Positions 18,749 to 32,099 of a stretch of DNA of 32,099 bases are shown piece after piece. The notes under the pieces are model-generated. The model had not been told where the DNA came from and made no database searches. It was given only the letters and a program-made list of their open reading frames with translations. Both the position numbers and the translations under genes were made by a program. Source of the stretch: an uncultured Cytophagia bacterium (GTDB lineage: Bacteria > Zhuqueibacterota > Zhuqueibacteria > Residuimicrobiales > Residuimicrobiaceae); contig CAZKQR010000002.1 in assembly GCA_964554965.1 (NCBI GenBank), positions 1 to 32,099 on the forward strand, written 5' to 3'. The number at the start of each line of letters is the position of its first letter. Position 1 is the first letter of the stretch.

Positions 18749-18777
18749 ATATTAAAGATATTTTTATTCTCTGTCAA
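18749..18777 (-). promoter_or_regulatory. sigma70-type promoter of the TPR/ExbBD/TonB-like operon
   Basis: Minus strand: TTGACA (18777-18772), exact 17-nt spacer (GAGAATAAAAATATCTT), TAATAT (18754-18749). It sits in the only AT-rich island between the atpC stop (18809) and the first TPR gene. Confidence 0.55.
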
Positions 18778-18808
18778 GGGAATAATTACGCGCTGGCACG
18801 GTTCCTTT

Positions 18809-19225
18809 CTAGCTTCGGGCCCGTTGTTCGGCCACGGTCAATCGATTGATGGCGCGTGCCAGAGCCGCCTGGGCCCTGGCAAGGTCGATATCCACTGTTC
18901 TCTCTTCGTGCAGCCGTTTCCAGGCGCGTTCTCGGGCAGCCTGAGCCCTTTGCACGTCGATCTCACTCGCCTCCTCGGCGGTTTCCACCAAAACCGACAT
19001 CTTGTTTTCCATCACCTCGGCGAATCCGCCGCTGGTGGCAAACCACTTTTTGCCGTTCTCGGTGTCCACCTCAATAGCGCCGATCTGCAGCGTGGTCAAA
19101 AACGGAGTGTGATTGTAGAGGATGCCGAAACGGCCGCCGATGCCCGGCGCCTGAACCTGGCGCACCGGGCCGGAGAAAACCACTCGCTGGGGCGTGATAA
19201 TTTCAAGCTTGAATAATTTTTCCAT
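18809..19225 (-). CDS. atpC: F0F1 ATP synthase subunit epsilon
   Basis: 138-aa ORF. N-terminal beta-sandwich (LEIITPQRVVFSGPVRQVQAPGIGGRFGILYNHTPFLT) plus a C-terminal helical hairpin. Last gene of the atp operon. Confidence 0.95.
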   Translation of the reverse strand: MEKLFKLEIITPQRVVFSGPVRQVQAPGIGGRFGILYNHTPFLTTLQIGAIEVDTENGKKWFATSGGFAEVMENKMSVLVETAEEASEIDVQRAQAARERAWKRLHEERTVDIDLARAQAALARAINRLTVAEQRARS

Positions 19226-19294
19226 AATATCTACAATTGGGTTAGGATCGCAATGGCGGACCGGACCGCTCCGCTGGCCGGCCCGTCACCGGAG

Positions 19295-21642
<2,348 letters not shown>

Positions 21643-21645
21643 AGA

Positions 21646-23178
<1,533 letters not shown>

Positions 23179-23187
23179 TCATAAGGT

Positions 23188-23748
23188 TCACTGTAAGGTT
23201 GATTCGAATTTGGCTTGCCCCAATTCCTTGCGCAGGCGATCGAGCTGATGGCGCAGACTGGCATCCAGCACCCGTCCGCCGATGCGGATCACCAGACCGC
23301 CGAGGATCGTTTCATCGATAGAGTTCTCGACCAGCACCTCGGCCTGGTAATTCTCCGCCAGCTGCTTGCGCAGAGACTCGATCTGCTGCGGGGAAAGCGC
23401 CACCGCCGACGTCACGGTCGCCCGCAGTCGATGATGCCCGGCGTCGTACAGACGCCCCATCTCGTATTCGATCTCCTGATACAGCGATTGGCGTCCTTTG
23501 CGCAACAGCAGCAGCAGGAAATGATAATACAACTGGGACACTTTGCCGGCCAACGCTTTTTCCAGCATCTGGGCTTTGAAACGCCGATCCACCTGTGGCG
23601 AAAGCATAAAGGCGCGCAGGCGGTCATCGTCGGTCAGCAGCCGGGTGAACATCTTCACCTCCTGCATGATCTGCGTTTCCGAATGGTGTTGGCCGGCCAA
23701 CTCGTAGAGCGCCCGGGCATATCGTCGGGCTATAGGATGAGGCCTCAA
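23188..23748 (-). CDS. atpH: F0F1 ATP synthase subunit delta (OSCP)
   Basis: 186-aa ORF. TTG start overlapping the atpF stop (TTGA). IARRYARALYELA N-terminal signature. Lies between atpF and atpA. Confidence 0.9.
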   Translation of the reverse strand: MRPHPIARRYARALYELAGQHHSETQIMQEVKMFTRLLTDDDRLRAFMLSPQVDRRFKAQMLEKALAGKVSQLYYHFLLLLLRKGRQSLYQEIEYEMGRLYDAGHHRLRATVTSAVALSPQQIESLRKQLAENYQAEVLVENSIDETILGGLVIRIGGRVLDASLRHQLDRLRKELGQAKFESTLQ

Positions 23749-24239
23749 TTTACATTACCTATTTTTTGCAGCGATTCTTTGACCAATTTTTCGTGATCTT
23801 TTTTATCCAGAGATTTGCCGATCAGCTTGCCGGTGGCGGCCATGGAGAGTTCAACCGCCAGATCACGCAATTCCGCCACCGCCTTGTCGCGACTGAGCTG
23901 GATCTCACGTGTGGCACGCTGGATCAATTGCTCCGCTTCGGTCTGGGCCTTCTGTACGATTTCAGCTTTGCTGACTTCGGCGGACTGACGCGCTTTGACC
24001 AGTATCTCCTGGCTCTCCCGGCGGGCTGCATCGAGGATCTGGGCCTGCTCGGACAGGGTCTTTTTGGCTTCCTGGGAGACCTTTTCCGCCTGCTCCAGAG
24101 AGGCCTTGATCTGTCCCTCCCGCTCATCCACCATGCCGAGGATCGGTTTCCACGCCAGCTTGCGCAGGATCAGCAGCAGAGTGAGGAACGTGAGGATCGT
24201 CCAAAAAATCGCACCACTGTTCGGGGTCATGAGTTCCAT
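23745..24239 (-). CDS. atpF: F0F1 ATP synthase subunit b
   Basis: 164-aa ORF. A single N-terminal TM helix (IFWTILTFLTLLLIL) followed by a long charged helix. Confidence 0.9.
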   Translation of the reverse strand: MELMTPNSGAIFWTILTFLTLLLILRKLAWKPILGMVDEREGQIKASLEQAEKVSQEAKKTLSEQAQILDAARRESQEILVKARQSAEVSKAEIVQKAQTEAEQLIQRATREIQLSRDKAVAELRDLAVELSMAATGKLIGKSLDKKDHEKLVKESLQKIGNVN

Positions 24240-24256
24240 GAGGTAACCCTATTCCT

Positions 24257-24484
24257 TTATTTGAAGGCCAACATAATGCAGATGGCGGCGGCGAACAACG
24301 CCACGCCTTCGATCATACCGGCGGTGATGATCATGGCGCCGCGAATATCACCGGCGGCCTCCGGCTGACGGGCGATGCCGCTGATGGCGGCGCTGGCTAA
24401 TTTGCTGATGCCGTACGCAGCGCCGAAGGTGACACCGGCTGCGCCAAGACCGGCTGCCAAGAATGCAAATGCTTTGGGATCCAT
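24257..24484 (-). CDS. atpE: F0F1 ATP synthase subunit c
   Basis: 75-aa hairpin protein with loop ARQPE and the carboxylate in helix 2 (GMIEGVALF). AGGAGGA Shine-Dalgarno before the ATG. Confidence 0.95.
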   Translation of the reverse strand: MDPKAFAFLAAGLGAAGVTFGAAYGISKLASAAISGIARQPEAAGDIRGAMIITAGMIEGVALFAAAICIMLAFK

Positions 24485-24559
24485 ACTTCCTCCTGAATGA
24501 TGGGATGAGTGTTATGTGAATGGTTTGGTCGCTTCTCCTCCGGCTCGCCGCCACGGACT

Positions 24560-25387
24560 CTAGTGCTCAGAGGCCAGAGATCCGGCGATAAAGACCGAAG
24601 ACAGAATGGTGAAAACATACGCCTGAATAAAGGCGATCAGAATTTCCAGGATGCTGGAAAAAACCATAATCGCCAGCGGAAACGGGGCGATGAAATAATT
24701 TTTAAAAATAAAAATGATGCTCATCAACGACAGAATCGTCAAATGGCCGGCGATCATGTTGGCGAAGAGTCGAATGGTAAGAGCGAAATGCTTGGTGATC
24801 AGACTCATCACCTCCACCGGCACCATGACAAAGCCCAGCCACCAGGGAATGCCGTGCGGCATGAACTGGCGGAGAAAACCGCCCACCCCGTGGGCGCGAA
24901 TGCCGGCCAGAATGACGGTCAACAGCGTGAGGATGGCCAACCCCGCGGTGACGCCGATGTTGCCGGTGGCGGTGGCGGCGAACGGAACCAGGCCGAGCAG
25001 ATTGCACAACAGAACAAAAAAGAAAGCGGTCAACAGATACGGCGCATACGCTTTGCCCGCCGGCCCCAGATTGGGTATAATGACGTCATCGCGAATGTAA
25101 AGCACCAGCGCTTCCAGCGCGTTGGCCATCCGGCCCCTTGGCACCAACCCCTTGCGCCGAAAGGAAAGGCCAAAGGCCAGGATCATGATCAGCGACACGA
25201 TCCACATCATCACCGTATGGTTGGTGATGGTCAGATCGATGCCCAGGACCGTCGGCAGGTTGATCACCGGCCGCGCCATGATGTGATGCATCATAAAACC
25301 GACGCCGGCCTCGCCGCCGTGCTCCCCGAGTTCCGCGGCCGCGTGAGAACCATGATCAACGATTTTTTCAACCACTTCTTGTGTCAT
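24560..25387 (-). CDS. atpB: F0F1 ATP synthase subunit a
   Basis: ORF 24560-25525. Start placed at ATG 25387 (MTQEVVEKIV...), which forms an ATGA overlap with the upstream gene stop. Multi-TM protein with the conserved Arg region (LTIRLFANMIAGH). Confidence 0.9.
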   Translation of the reverse strand: MTQEVVEKIVDHGSHAAAELGEHGGEAGVGFMMHHIMARPVINLPTVLGIDLTITNHTVMMWIVSLIMILAFGLSFRRKGLVPRGRMANALEALVLYIRDDVIIPNLGPAGKAYAPYLLTAFFFVLLCNLLGLVPFAATATGNIGVTAGLAILTLLTVILAGIRAHGVGGFLRQFMPHGIPWWLGFVMVPVEVMSLITKHFALTIRLFANMIAGHLTILSLMSIIFIFKNYFIAPFPLAIMVFSSILEILIAFIQAYVFTILSSVFIAGSLASEH

Positions 25388-25794
25388 TGCTTGTCTTTTT
25401 TTAATGTTTCTTGGACCAGCCGCACTTGTTGCACTTGCAGCACCAGATAAAACAGAACGAACGAGACGAAAAATCCGCTGACCGGCAAAGCCGTAAACCG
25501 GATCAGGATGATCATGACCAGGCAAAAGAGCGCCAGGCGGAACAGCATCCCTCCCCAGACCACCTTGTAAAAGGTTGCGCTTTTTTTGTTAAAACCCCAC
25601 CGGACGGAGGCCACCCCCAACAGGACGGTGACGAGGCAGACCAGATAACCCAGACTGAAGGAATAAACAAAAGGCAAGCTGGTAAGATAATATACCAACG
25701 GCAGAATTACCGCAAAACCGATCGTCGTATAAAGTAAAATCCGTAGCTCGCGTTTCGTGCTCTCAGTTTTTGTTGCCATCCTTGGTTCTGTCAT
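25384..25794 (-). CDS. small polytopic membrane protein in the AtpI (ATP synthase protein I) position
   Basis: 136-aa ORF with four hydrophobic helices, immediately upstream of and translationally coupled to atpB. Alternative start at ATG 25779. Confidence 0.6.
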   Translation of the reverse strand: MTEPRMATKTESTKRELRILLYTTIGFAVILPLVYYLTSLPFVYSFSLGYLVCLVTVLLGVASVRWGFNKKSATFYKVVWGGMLFRLALFCLVMIILIRFTALPVSGFFVSFVLFYLVLQVQQVRLVQETLKKDKQ

Positions 25795-25999
25795 GAACAG
25801 GGTACACCGCGCGATAGATGTTCAAAAAGCCCGCCGCTGCTCCCAGCATCAGGCCCAACAACGATAACACCGGGGTGGTATGCAGCTTGCCGTCCAGCCA
25901 CCAGCCGCCCGCGAATCCCAGGCCAAAGGCCACAGCAAGCTGCAAGCCTAAATCGAGATACCGGCCGTAGGACCGCATATTCCATTTGGTTTTCATCAA
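25763..25999 (-). CDS. AtpZ/AtpI-family small membrane protein
   Basis: 78-aa ORF (TTG 25999 or ATG 25996). Two-helix pattern LDLGLQLAVAFGLGFAGGWWLDGKLHTTPVLSLLGLMLGAAAGFLNIY, typical of the ATPase_gene1/AtpZ family. First gene of the atp cluster. Confidence 0.75.
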   Translation of the reverse strand: MMKTKWNMRSYGRYLDLGLQLAVAFGLGFAGGWWLDGKLHTTPVLSLLGLMLGAAAGFLNIYRAVYPVHDRTKDGNKN

Positions 26000-26048
26000 C
26001 AGGAACGCTCTCCTTCAGCCGCCCGGGACTCGGCCTTGCGGCAGGGTC

Positions 26049-26453
26049 CTACTTTATGATGGAATCGTCCTCTTTGGCCGACGCCTCTTTCTTCTTAGCG
26101 TCGGCGCTTTTAGCCGTTTCGCTCATGGAACACTTGCCGTCAAAGACAGCGCCTTCGTCGATCACCAGCTTGGAGGTTTTGAGGTCGCCGTGGAACTCGG
26201 ACTTGCTCTCGAGCACCGTGCGCCCCGGAGCGGTCAGGGATCCGAAGATCTTGCCGCCCAAAATCAAATTTTTCACCGTCACTTTGCCGGTGATCTCGCC
26301 CTCGGCGCCGACGATCAGGGTGTCGGAGGAAGTGACATCCCCATTCACCTTACCATCGATCCGCAGAGAGTGTTCGACTTTAAGATTGCCGTCGACCACC
26401 GAACCACGGCCGAGAATGGTGCTCAGCTCCCCCGGCTTGTCCAAGTTTTTCAT
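26049..26453 (-). CDS. bactofilin (polymer-forming cytoskeletal protein)
   Basis: 134-aa ORF. Beta-helical repeat pattern of the bactofilin/DUF583 domain (IDGKVNGDVTSSDTLIVGAEGEITGKVTVKNLILGGKIFGSLTA...LVIDEGAVFDGKCSM) and a Lys/Ala/Glu-rich C-terminal tail. Confidence 0.9.
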   Translation of the reverse strand: MKNLDKPGELSTILGRGSVVDGNLKVEHSLRIDGKVNGDVTSSDTLIVGAEGEITGKVTVKNLILGGKIFGSLTAPGRTVLESKSEFHGDLKTSKLVIDEGAVFDGKCSMSETAKSADAKKKEASAKEDDSIIK

Positions 26454-26495
26454 CTCACGGTTCCGTTTTTTTTATGATGCCGGATCGTCCACCGA

Positions 26496-27428
26496 TCACA
26501 TGCGTGCAAAAGCCAGAATATATTTTTTAGGGTTCTGTGGAACGCCGTCCTTCCAGATTTCAAAATGCAGATGCGGCGCAGAGCTGATGCCGGAATTGCC
26601 CAGCAGCGCGATCACATCGGCCTTGCGGACCATGGCATTGCTTTCGACCAGCAGCGACTGGTTGTGGCCGTAAAAGCTGAAATAGCCTTTGCCATGGTAC
26701 AGAATGATCAGATGGCCGAGGGACTCGGTCCAGCCGGAAAAAACCACCACCCCGTCGCCGGCCGCATGAACCGCGGAACCGCGCGGCGCCGCAATATCCA
26801 CGCCCCAATGGCGGGAGGCAGAGCTTCCGCCGGCCGAGGCCTCGTAATCGTTGGTCAACACCCCTTCCACCGGCAGATAGGTGGGCAGATCACGCAGATA
26901 CTCGTGCAGGTCGCTCTGAGCGCCGGCCTGGGTCATGATGATTTTTTCACCCACGCGCACCTGCTCCGGGGCAGAGCCTTGGCCGGACCTTTGCAACCGA
27001 CCGTCCGGAAACGGCCGCTCGAGCGACAGGGCTATTCCGGCGGACCTGGACTCTGCCGCACCGGGTGCGCCCTGGCCGCCATGATCCAAGCCCAGCGCGG
27101 CCTCAATTTTTCCGTCCAACTCTTCCATGGATTTGAACGCCGCGGACAACTCCTCGATGCGCCGGCTGTTTTCGTTCAGCTGCCGGTTGGCCAGCTCCAG
27201 CGAATGGAGGCGCAGACGATCGTGCGAGATCGCCGCGTAGGCGTAAAACCCGAAGAGAATATGCAAAACCAGCAAAACAGCGGCGATCTTGAGGATCAGC
27301 AGGCGCCGCGCTGTGAGAACAAACGTCCTGGGCTGAACCCCACCCTCCGGCACCACCAGAACCTGCAGGCTGCGGCCGGTCTTTTTTTTTCGCGCTTTGG
27401 GGCGATATTTATCTATGTTGAATTCCAC
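26496..27428 (-). CDS. membrane-anchored M23 (LytM-type) metallopeptidase
   Basis: 310-aa ORF with a GTG start. Basic cytoplasmic N-tail (~40 aa), one TM helix (LLILKIAAVLLVLHILFGFYAYAAI), a coiled-coil segment and a C-terminal M23 domain. Both catalytic motifs are intact (HWGVD = HxxxD; HLHFE = HxH). Confidence 0.9.
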   Translation of the reverse strand: MEFNIDKYRPKARKKKTGRSLQVLVVPEGGVQPRTFVLTARRLLILKIAAVLLVLHILFGFYAYAAISHDRLRLHSLELANRQLNENSRRIEELSAAFKSMEELDGKIEAALGLDHGGQGAPGAAESRSAGIALSLERPFPDGRLQRSGQGSAPEQVRVGEKIIMTQAGAQSDLHEYLRDLPTYLPVEGVLTNDYEASAGGSSASRHWGVDIAAPRGSAVHAAGDGVVVFSGWTESLGHLIILYHGKGYFSFYGHNQSLLVESNAMVRKADVIALLGNSGISSAPHLHFEIWKDGVPQNPKKYILAFARM

Positions 27429-27481
27429 GTTGCCCTATCGGCTTTGATGGCCCGGCCGGCGGACGTCCCTGCCGCGCCCGG

Positions 27482-28339
27482 TCAGTCGCCGGATATCAGC
27501 GCGACCAGTCGATCCAGATCGTCCGCCGAATAATAATCGACCTCGATAACGCCCCCCTTGCTTCGGCTCCGTACGGTCACCTTGGTGGCCAGCCGCGTAC
27601 GCAATTTGTTCTCAATGTCCTGAATGAACACCGCCTGCGTCTCACCGGCGCGGGATTTGGGTTTGCTCTTTTTGCTCTGGCTGCGCACCAAATTCTCCAC
27701 CTGCCGGACCGAGAGCGACCGCTTGATGATCTTTCGCCACAGGTCGATCTGCTCCTCGTGGCTGTCCAATGAAAGCAGGGCACGCGCATGGCCCATGGTC
27801 AGCTCGTTGTTCTGCAGGCTCTCCTGAATGCGCCGCGGCAGCTTGAGCAGACGGAGAAAATTGGCCACCGACGCACGATCCCGGCTGACTTTGACCGCCA
27901 CATCCTCCTGAGTCAGCTTGCATTCATCCATCAAACGTCTATAGCTGGCCGCCAACTCCATGGGGTTGAGATTTTCCCGGTGAATGTTCTCGATGATCGC
28001 CAGCTCCAGCAGTTCCGCATCGGTCTCCACATCCATGAGAAAGGCCGGGATGGATTCCATGCCCAGATCCCGCACCGCGCGCAGCCTGCGCTCCCCGGCG
28101 ATCAGCTGATACCCGGCGCCGTGCCTGCGCACGGTCACCGGCTGGACCAGGCCTTTTTCAGCGATCGATTGTTTTAATTCGGCCAGTGCTTCAGGCTTGA
28201 ATGTTTCACGCGGCTGAAACGGATTGGGCGAGATTTTATCCACCTCGATGTACTGAATGGATTTGGACTGCTTTTCTTCCGCAGGAACATCAGGGATCAG
28301 AGCGCCGAGACCCCTCCCCAGCGCTTTTTTATTCGCCAT
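27482..28339 (-). CDS. parB: chromosome partitioning protein ParB (Spo0J)
   Basis: 285-aa ORF with [19 protein letters not shown], the ParB box [15 protein letters not shown] and an HTH region. Its start overlaps the parA end by 11 nt. Confidence 0.95.
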   Translation of the reverse strand: MANKKALGRGLGALIPDVPAEEKQSKSIQYIEVDKISPNPFQPRETFKPEALAELKQSIAEKGLVQPVTVRRHGAGYQLIAGERRLRAVRDLGMESIPAFLMDVETDAELLELAIIENIHRENLNPMELAASYRRLMDECKLTQEDVAVKVSRDRASVANFLRLLKLPRRIQESLQNNELTMGHARALLSLDSHEEQIDLWRKIIKRSLSVRQVENLVRSQSKKSKPKSRAGETQAVFIQDIENKLRTRLATKVTVRSRSKGGVIEVDYYSADDLDRLVALISGD

Positions 28340-29093
28340 TCTTGATTATTTCCTCAGCCAGACTCATGTAATTTTCACTGCCGGACGATACCGCGTCATA
28401 AAGAATAATCGGCTTGCCGAAACTGGGGGCCTCACTCAAGCGCACGTTGCGGGTGACGATGGTGTCGAACACCTTGCCTTCAAAATAACGGCGCACATCC
28501 TCGGCCACCTGCCGCGACAGATTCAGGCGGGCGTCGTACATGGTCAGCAAAACGCCTTCAATCAACAATTTCTCGTTGAGATGCTTTTGCACCAGACGAA
28601 TCGTGTTCAATAATTGCCCCAGCCCCTCCAGGGCGTAATACTCGCATTGAATCGGAATCAGCACCGAATCCGAAGCAGCCAATGAATTAAGGGTCAACAA
28701 TCCCAACGAAGGAGGACAATCGATCAGAATAAACTTGTAGGCATCGCGCACTTCGGTGATCTTGCGCAGAAGCCGATGTTCACGCGAAAGGACCGAAACC
28801 AGTTCCACCTCTGCGCCCACCAGATTGATCGAGCTGGGCACCAGTTTCAGATACTTTAACTCTGTATCCACCACCGCGGCAGACAGAGATTCCTCGTTGA
28901 TCAGGACGTCATAGATGGTCTTTTTCATGTCCTTTTGATTGAAACCCAACCCGCTGGTGCTGTTGGCCTGCGGATCCATGTCGATCAGTAAAGTGGGATA
29001 TTCAGCCACAGCCAGACACGCCGCTAAATTGACCGAAGTGGTGGTTTTGCCCACCCCGCCCTTCTGATTCGCTATCGTGATCACCTTCCCCAT
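28329..29093 (-). CDS. parA: chromosome partitioning ATPase ParA (Soj)
   Basis: ORF 28329-29198. Start placed at ATG 29093 ([18 protein letters not shown], deviant Walker A), preceded by GGAGGA at 9 nt. The 35 upstream codons run into the promoter region. Confidence 0.93.
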   Translation of the reverse strand: MGKVITIANQKGGVGKTTTSVNLAACLAVAEYPTLLIDMDPQANSTSGLGFNQKDMKKTIYDVLINEESLSAAVVDTELKYLKLVPSSINLVGAEVELVSVLSREHRLLRKITEVRDAYKFILIDCPPSLGLLTLNSLAASDSVLIPIQCEYYALEGLGQLLNTIRLVQKHLNEKLLIEGVLLTMYDARLNLSRQVAEDVRRYFEGKVFDTIVTRNVRLSEAPSFGKPIILYDAVSSGSENYMSLAEEIIKNGE

Positions 29094-29126
29094 CCCGGGG
29101 CGTCCTCCATAAAGGAATAATGTGCT

Positions 29127-29155
29127 AATATAGCCTTTCCTGTTAATAAAATCAA
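29127..29155 (-). promoter_or_regulatory. sigma70-type promoter for parA
   Basis: Minus strand: TTGATT (29155-29150), exact 17-nt spacer (TTATTAACAGGAAAGGC), TATATT (29132-29127). The TSS would fall ~25 nt before the parA ATG. Confidence 0.5.
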
Positions 29156-29191
29156 GAAAATGTTTCCCGACAAGAGGTCGGAGTTTTTGAC

Positions 29192-29220
29192 TTGACATTA
29201 AGGCAAAAATAAATTAACAT
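29192..29220 (+). promoter_or_regulatory. sigma70-type promoter for the proline dehydrogenase gene (divergent from the parA promoter)
   Basis: Plus strand: TTGACA (29192-29197), exact 17-nt spacer (TTAAGGCAAAAATAAAT), TAACAT (29215-29220). An overlapping second TTGAC lies just upstream (TTGACTTGACA). ~45-nt leader to ATG 29272. Confidence 0.5.
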
Positions 29221-29271
29221 GAAACGCATTTTTCGGATTCCCCCTCGATCACTCTTGGGAAGGAACAGACC

Positions 29272-30177
29272 ATGAACCTGTTTAACCACCTCATCGTTGC
29301 TTTTCTCCCGCTGGTGCCCAAGCCGATCGTCCGATGGATCTCGCGACCGTACGTGGCAGGCGTCGAGCTGGCGGATGCCGTCCGCACGGTCAAGCGGTTG
29401 AATCAACAGGGCATGTGCGCCACGCTGGACGTGCTCGGCGAGAGCACCCGGGACCCCGCCCTGTGTGAAGAGGCCATCGCAGACTATCATCGTGTGCTGG
29501 AAGCCATTGAACAGGAAAAGCTGGACTGCAACATTTCCCTGAAACTCACCCAGTTGGGGCTGCTGATCGATCGCGAGCAATGCCGGCAGAACGTGCGCCG
29601 CATCATGCAGAAAGCGGTCGACTGCGGCGTCTTTGTGCGCGTGGATATGGAAGATGCCGGCGTCACCACCGTCACCCTGGAGCTGTTTCAACAGCTGCAT
29701 ACGGAATTCCCCAACAGCGGCATTGTGCTGCAGGCCTATCTGCGCCGCACGCTGGCGGATTTGAAAAACTTGACGGCGCAAAAGACCAATTTCCGACTGT
29801 GCAAGGGCATTTATATCGAATCGCGCACAGTGGCGTTTAAAAATCCCCAGATCATCAACGAAAATTATACCCTGCTCCTCGAACGCGGCCTGCAGGCCGG
29901 CTGCTATGTCGGCATAGCCACTCACGATGAAAAGCTGGTATGGCAGGCGTTGCGCCTGATCGACACCCTGGCCTTGTCCCGCGATCGTTACGAATTTCAG
30001 ATGCTGCTGGGCGTGGATGAAGAGCTGCGCGACCTCATCGTTCAGGCAGGCCACAAGCTGCGCGTCTATGTGCCCTTCGGCAGACGCTGGTACGCCTACT
30101 GCACCCGGCGGCTGAAGGAGAATCCGCAGATCGCGATCTATGTCCTGAAAGCGCTGCTGGGCATCAAAAGCAAATAG
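29272..30177 (+). CDS. proline dehydrogenase (monofunctional PRODH family)
   Basis: 301-aa ORF. TIM-barrel PRODH pattern (ATLDVLGE, ISLKLTQLG, VRVDMEDA, IVLQAYLRRT, FRLCKGIY, IATHDE, YEFQMLLGV, VYVPFG..WYAYCTRRLKENP). Confidence 0.9.
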   Translation: MNLFNHLIVAFLPLVPKPIVRWISRPYVAGVELADAVRTVKRLNQQGMCATLDVLGESTRDPALCEEAIADYHRVLEAIEQEKLDCNISLKLTQLGLLIDREQCRQNVRRIMQKAVDCGVFVRVDMEDAGVTTVTLELFQQLHTEFPNSGIVLQAYLRRTLADLKNLTAQKTNFRLCKGIYIESRTVAFKNPQIINENYTLLLERGLQAGCYVGIATHDEKLVWQALRLIDTLALSRDRYEFQMLLGVDEELRDLIVQAGHKLRVYVPFGRRWYAYCTRRLKENPQIAIYVLKALLGIKSK

Positions 30178-30213
30178 ACGGCGGCCGCTCGAGCCGTCAT
30201 GGACGCAAACTAA

Positions 30214-32099
<1,886 letters not shown>

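Noticed and set aside
24257-24484. Possible Na+-coupled c-subunit
   Set aside because: Aligned on the ARQPE loop, helix 1 has Gly where Na+-binding c-subunits have Gln. The helix-2 carboxylate is followed by Gly-Val, not Ser/Thr. This looks like an ordinary H+-type subunit.
28202-28221. parS-like sequence TGTTTCACGCGGCTGAAACG inside parB
   Set aside because: It matches the two half-sites of the TGTTTCAC/GTGAAACA consensus only if 4 extra nt are removed from the centre, which would destroy the palindrome spacing. It encodes the conserved ParB motif NPFQPRETF on the other strand, which explains the resemblance. No intact parS was found in the window by eye.
30181-30193. Adjacent NotI and XhoI sites (GCGGCCGCTCGAG) inside a small hairpin just after the PRODH stop, reminiscent of a cloning-vector polylinker
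   Set aside because: There is no other vector-like sequence around it. GC-rich 8-mers are expected in this composition. The flanking genes are intact and native-looking. The hairpin (GACGGC...GCCGTC) has no U-tract, so I also do not call it a terminator.

Overview
GC-rich bacterial chromosomal segment. Almost every gene is on the minus strand; only proline dehydrogenase and the 5' part of ligA, at the right end, are on the plus strand. Reading the minus strand from right to left:

1. parA-parB, an M23 (LytM) peptidase and a bactofilin. These run without any recognisable break into a complete F1Fo ATP synthase operon (atpZ-like, atpI-like, atpB-E-F-H-A-G-D-C).
2. A near-consensus sigma70-type promoter opening an ~11 kb operon. 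It encodes two giant exported TPR/coiled-coil proteins (973 and 1516 aa), a 114-aa secreted orphan, one MotA/TolQ/ExbB channel, two ExbD/TolR paralogs and a TonB-like protein with an AgmX/PglI-type C-terminal domain. It ends in a strong intrinsic terminator.
3. aspS.
4. A small coiled-coil lipoprotein plus a coiled-coil/2xLysM secreted protein, with their own consensus promoter and terminator.
5. The conserved phoH / 7TMR-HD / ybeY operon.
6. The start of a membrane protein that runs off the left edge.

I saw no rRNA, tRNA, CRISPR array, transposase or integrase. The many long ORFs opposite these genes are antisense shadows typical of GC-rich DNA.

The best candidate for an under-described system is the TPR-TPR-small-ExbB-ExbD-ExbD-TonB-like operon (7782-18777). 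Its content and order resemble the inner-membrane/periplasmic core of the Myxococcus Agl-Glt/Nfs machines, or a divergent Tol-like system. No outer-membrane receptor, TolB or Pal lies in the window. It has three oddities:
- One ExbD paralog carries Asn in place of the proton-relay Asp.
- The TonB-like membrane anchor lies upstream of any canonical start codon, next to a U_UUU_UUA heptamer.
- The larger TPR protein has a galactose-binding-like C-terminal domain.

All calls come from reading the translations and the DNA by eye. No database search was run.
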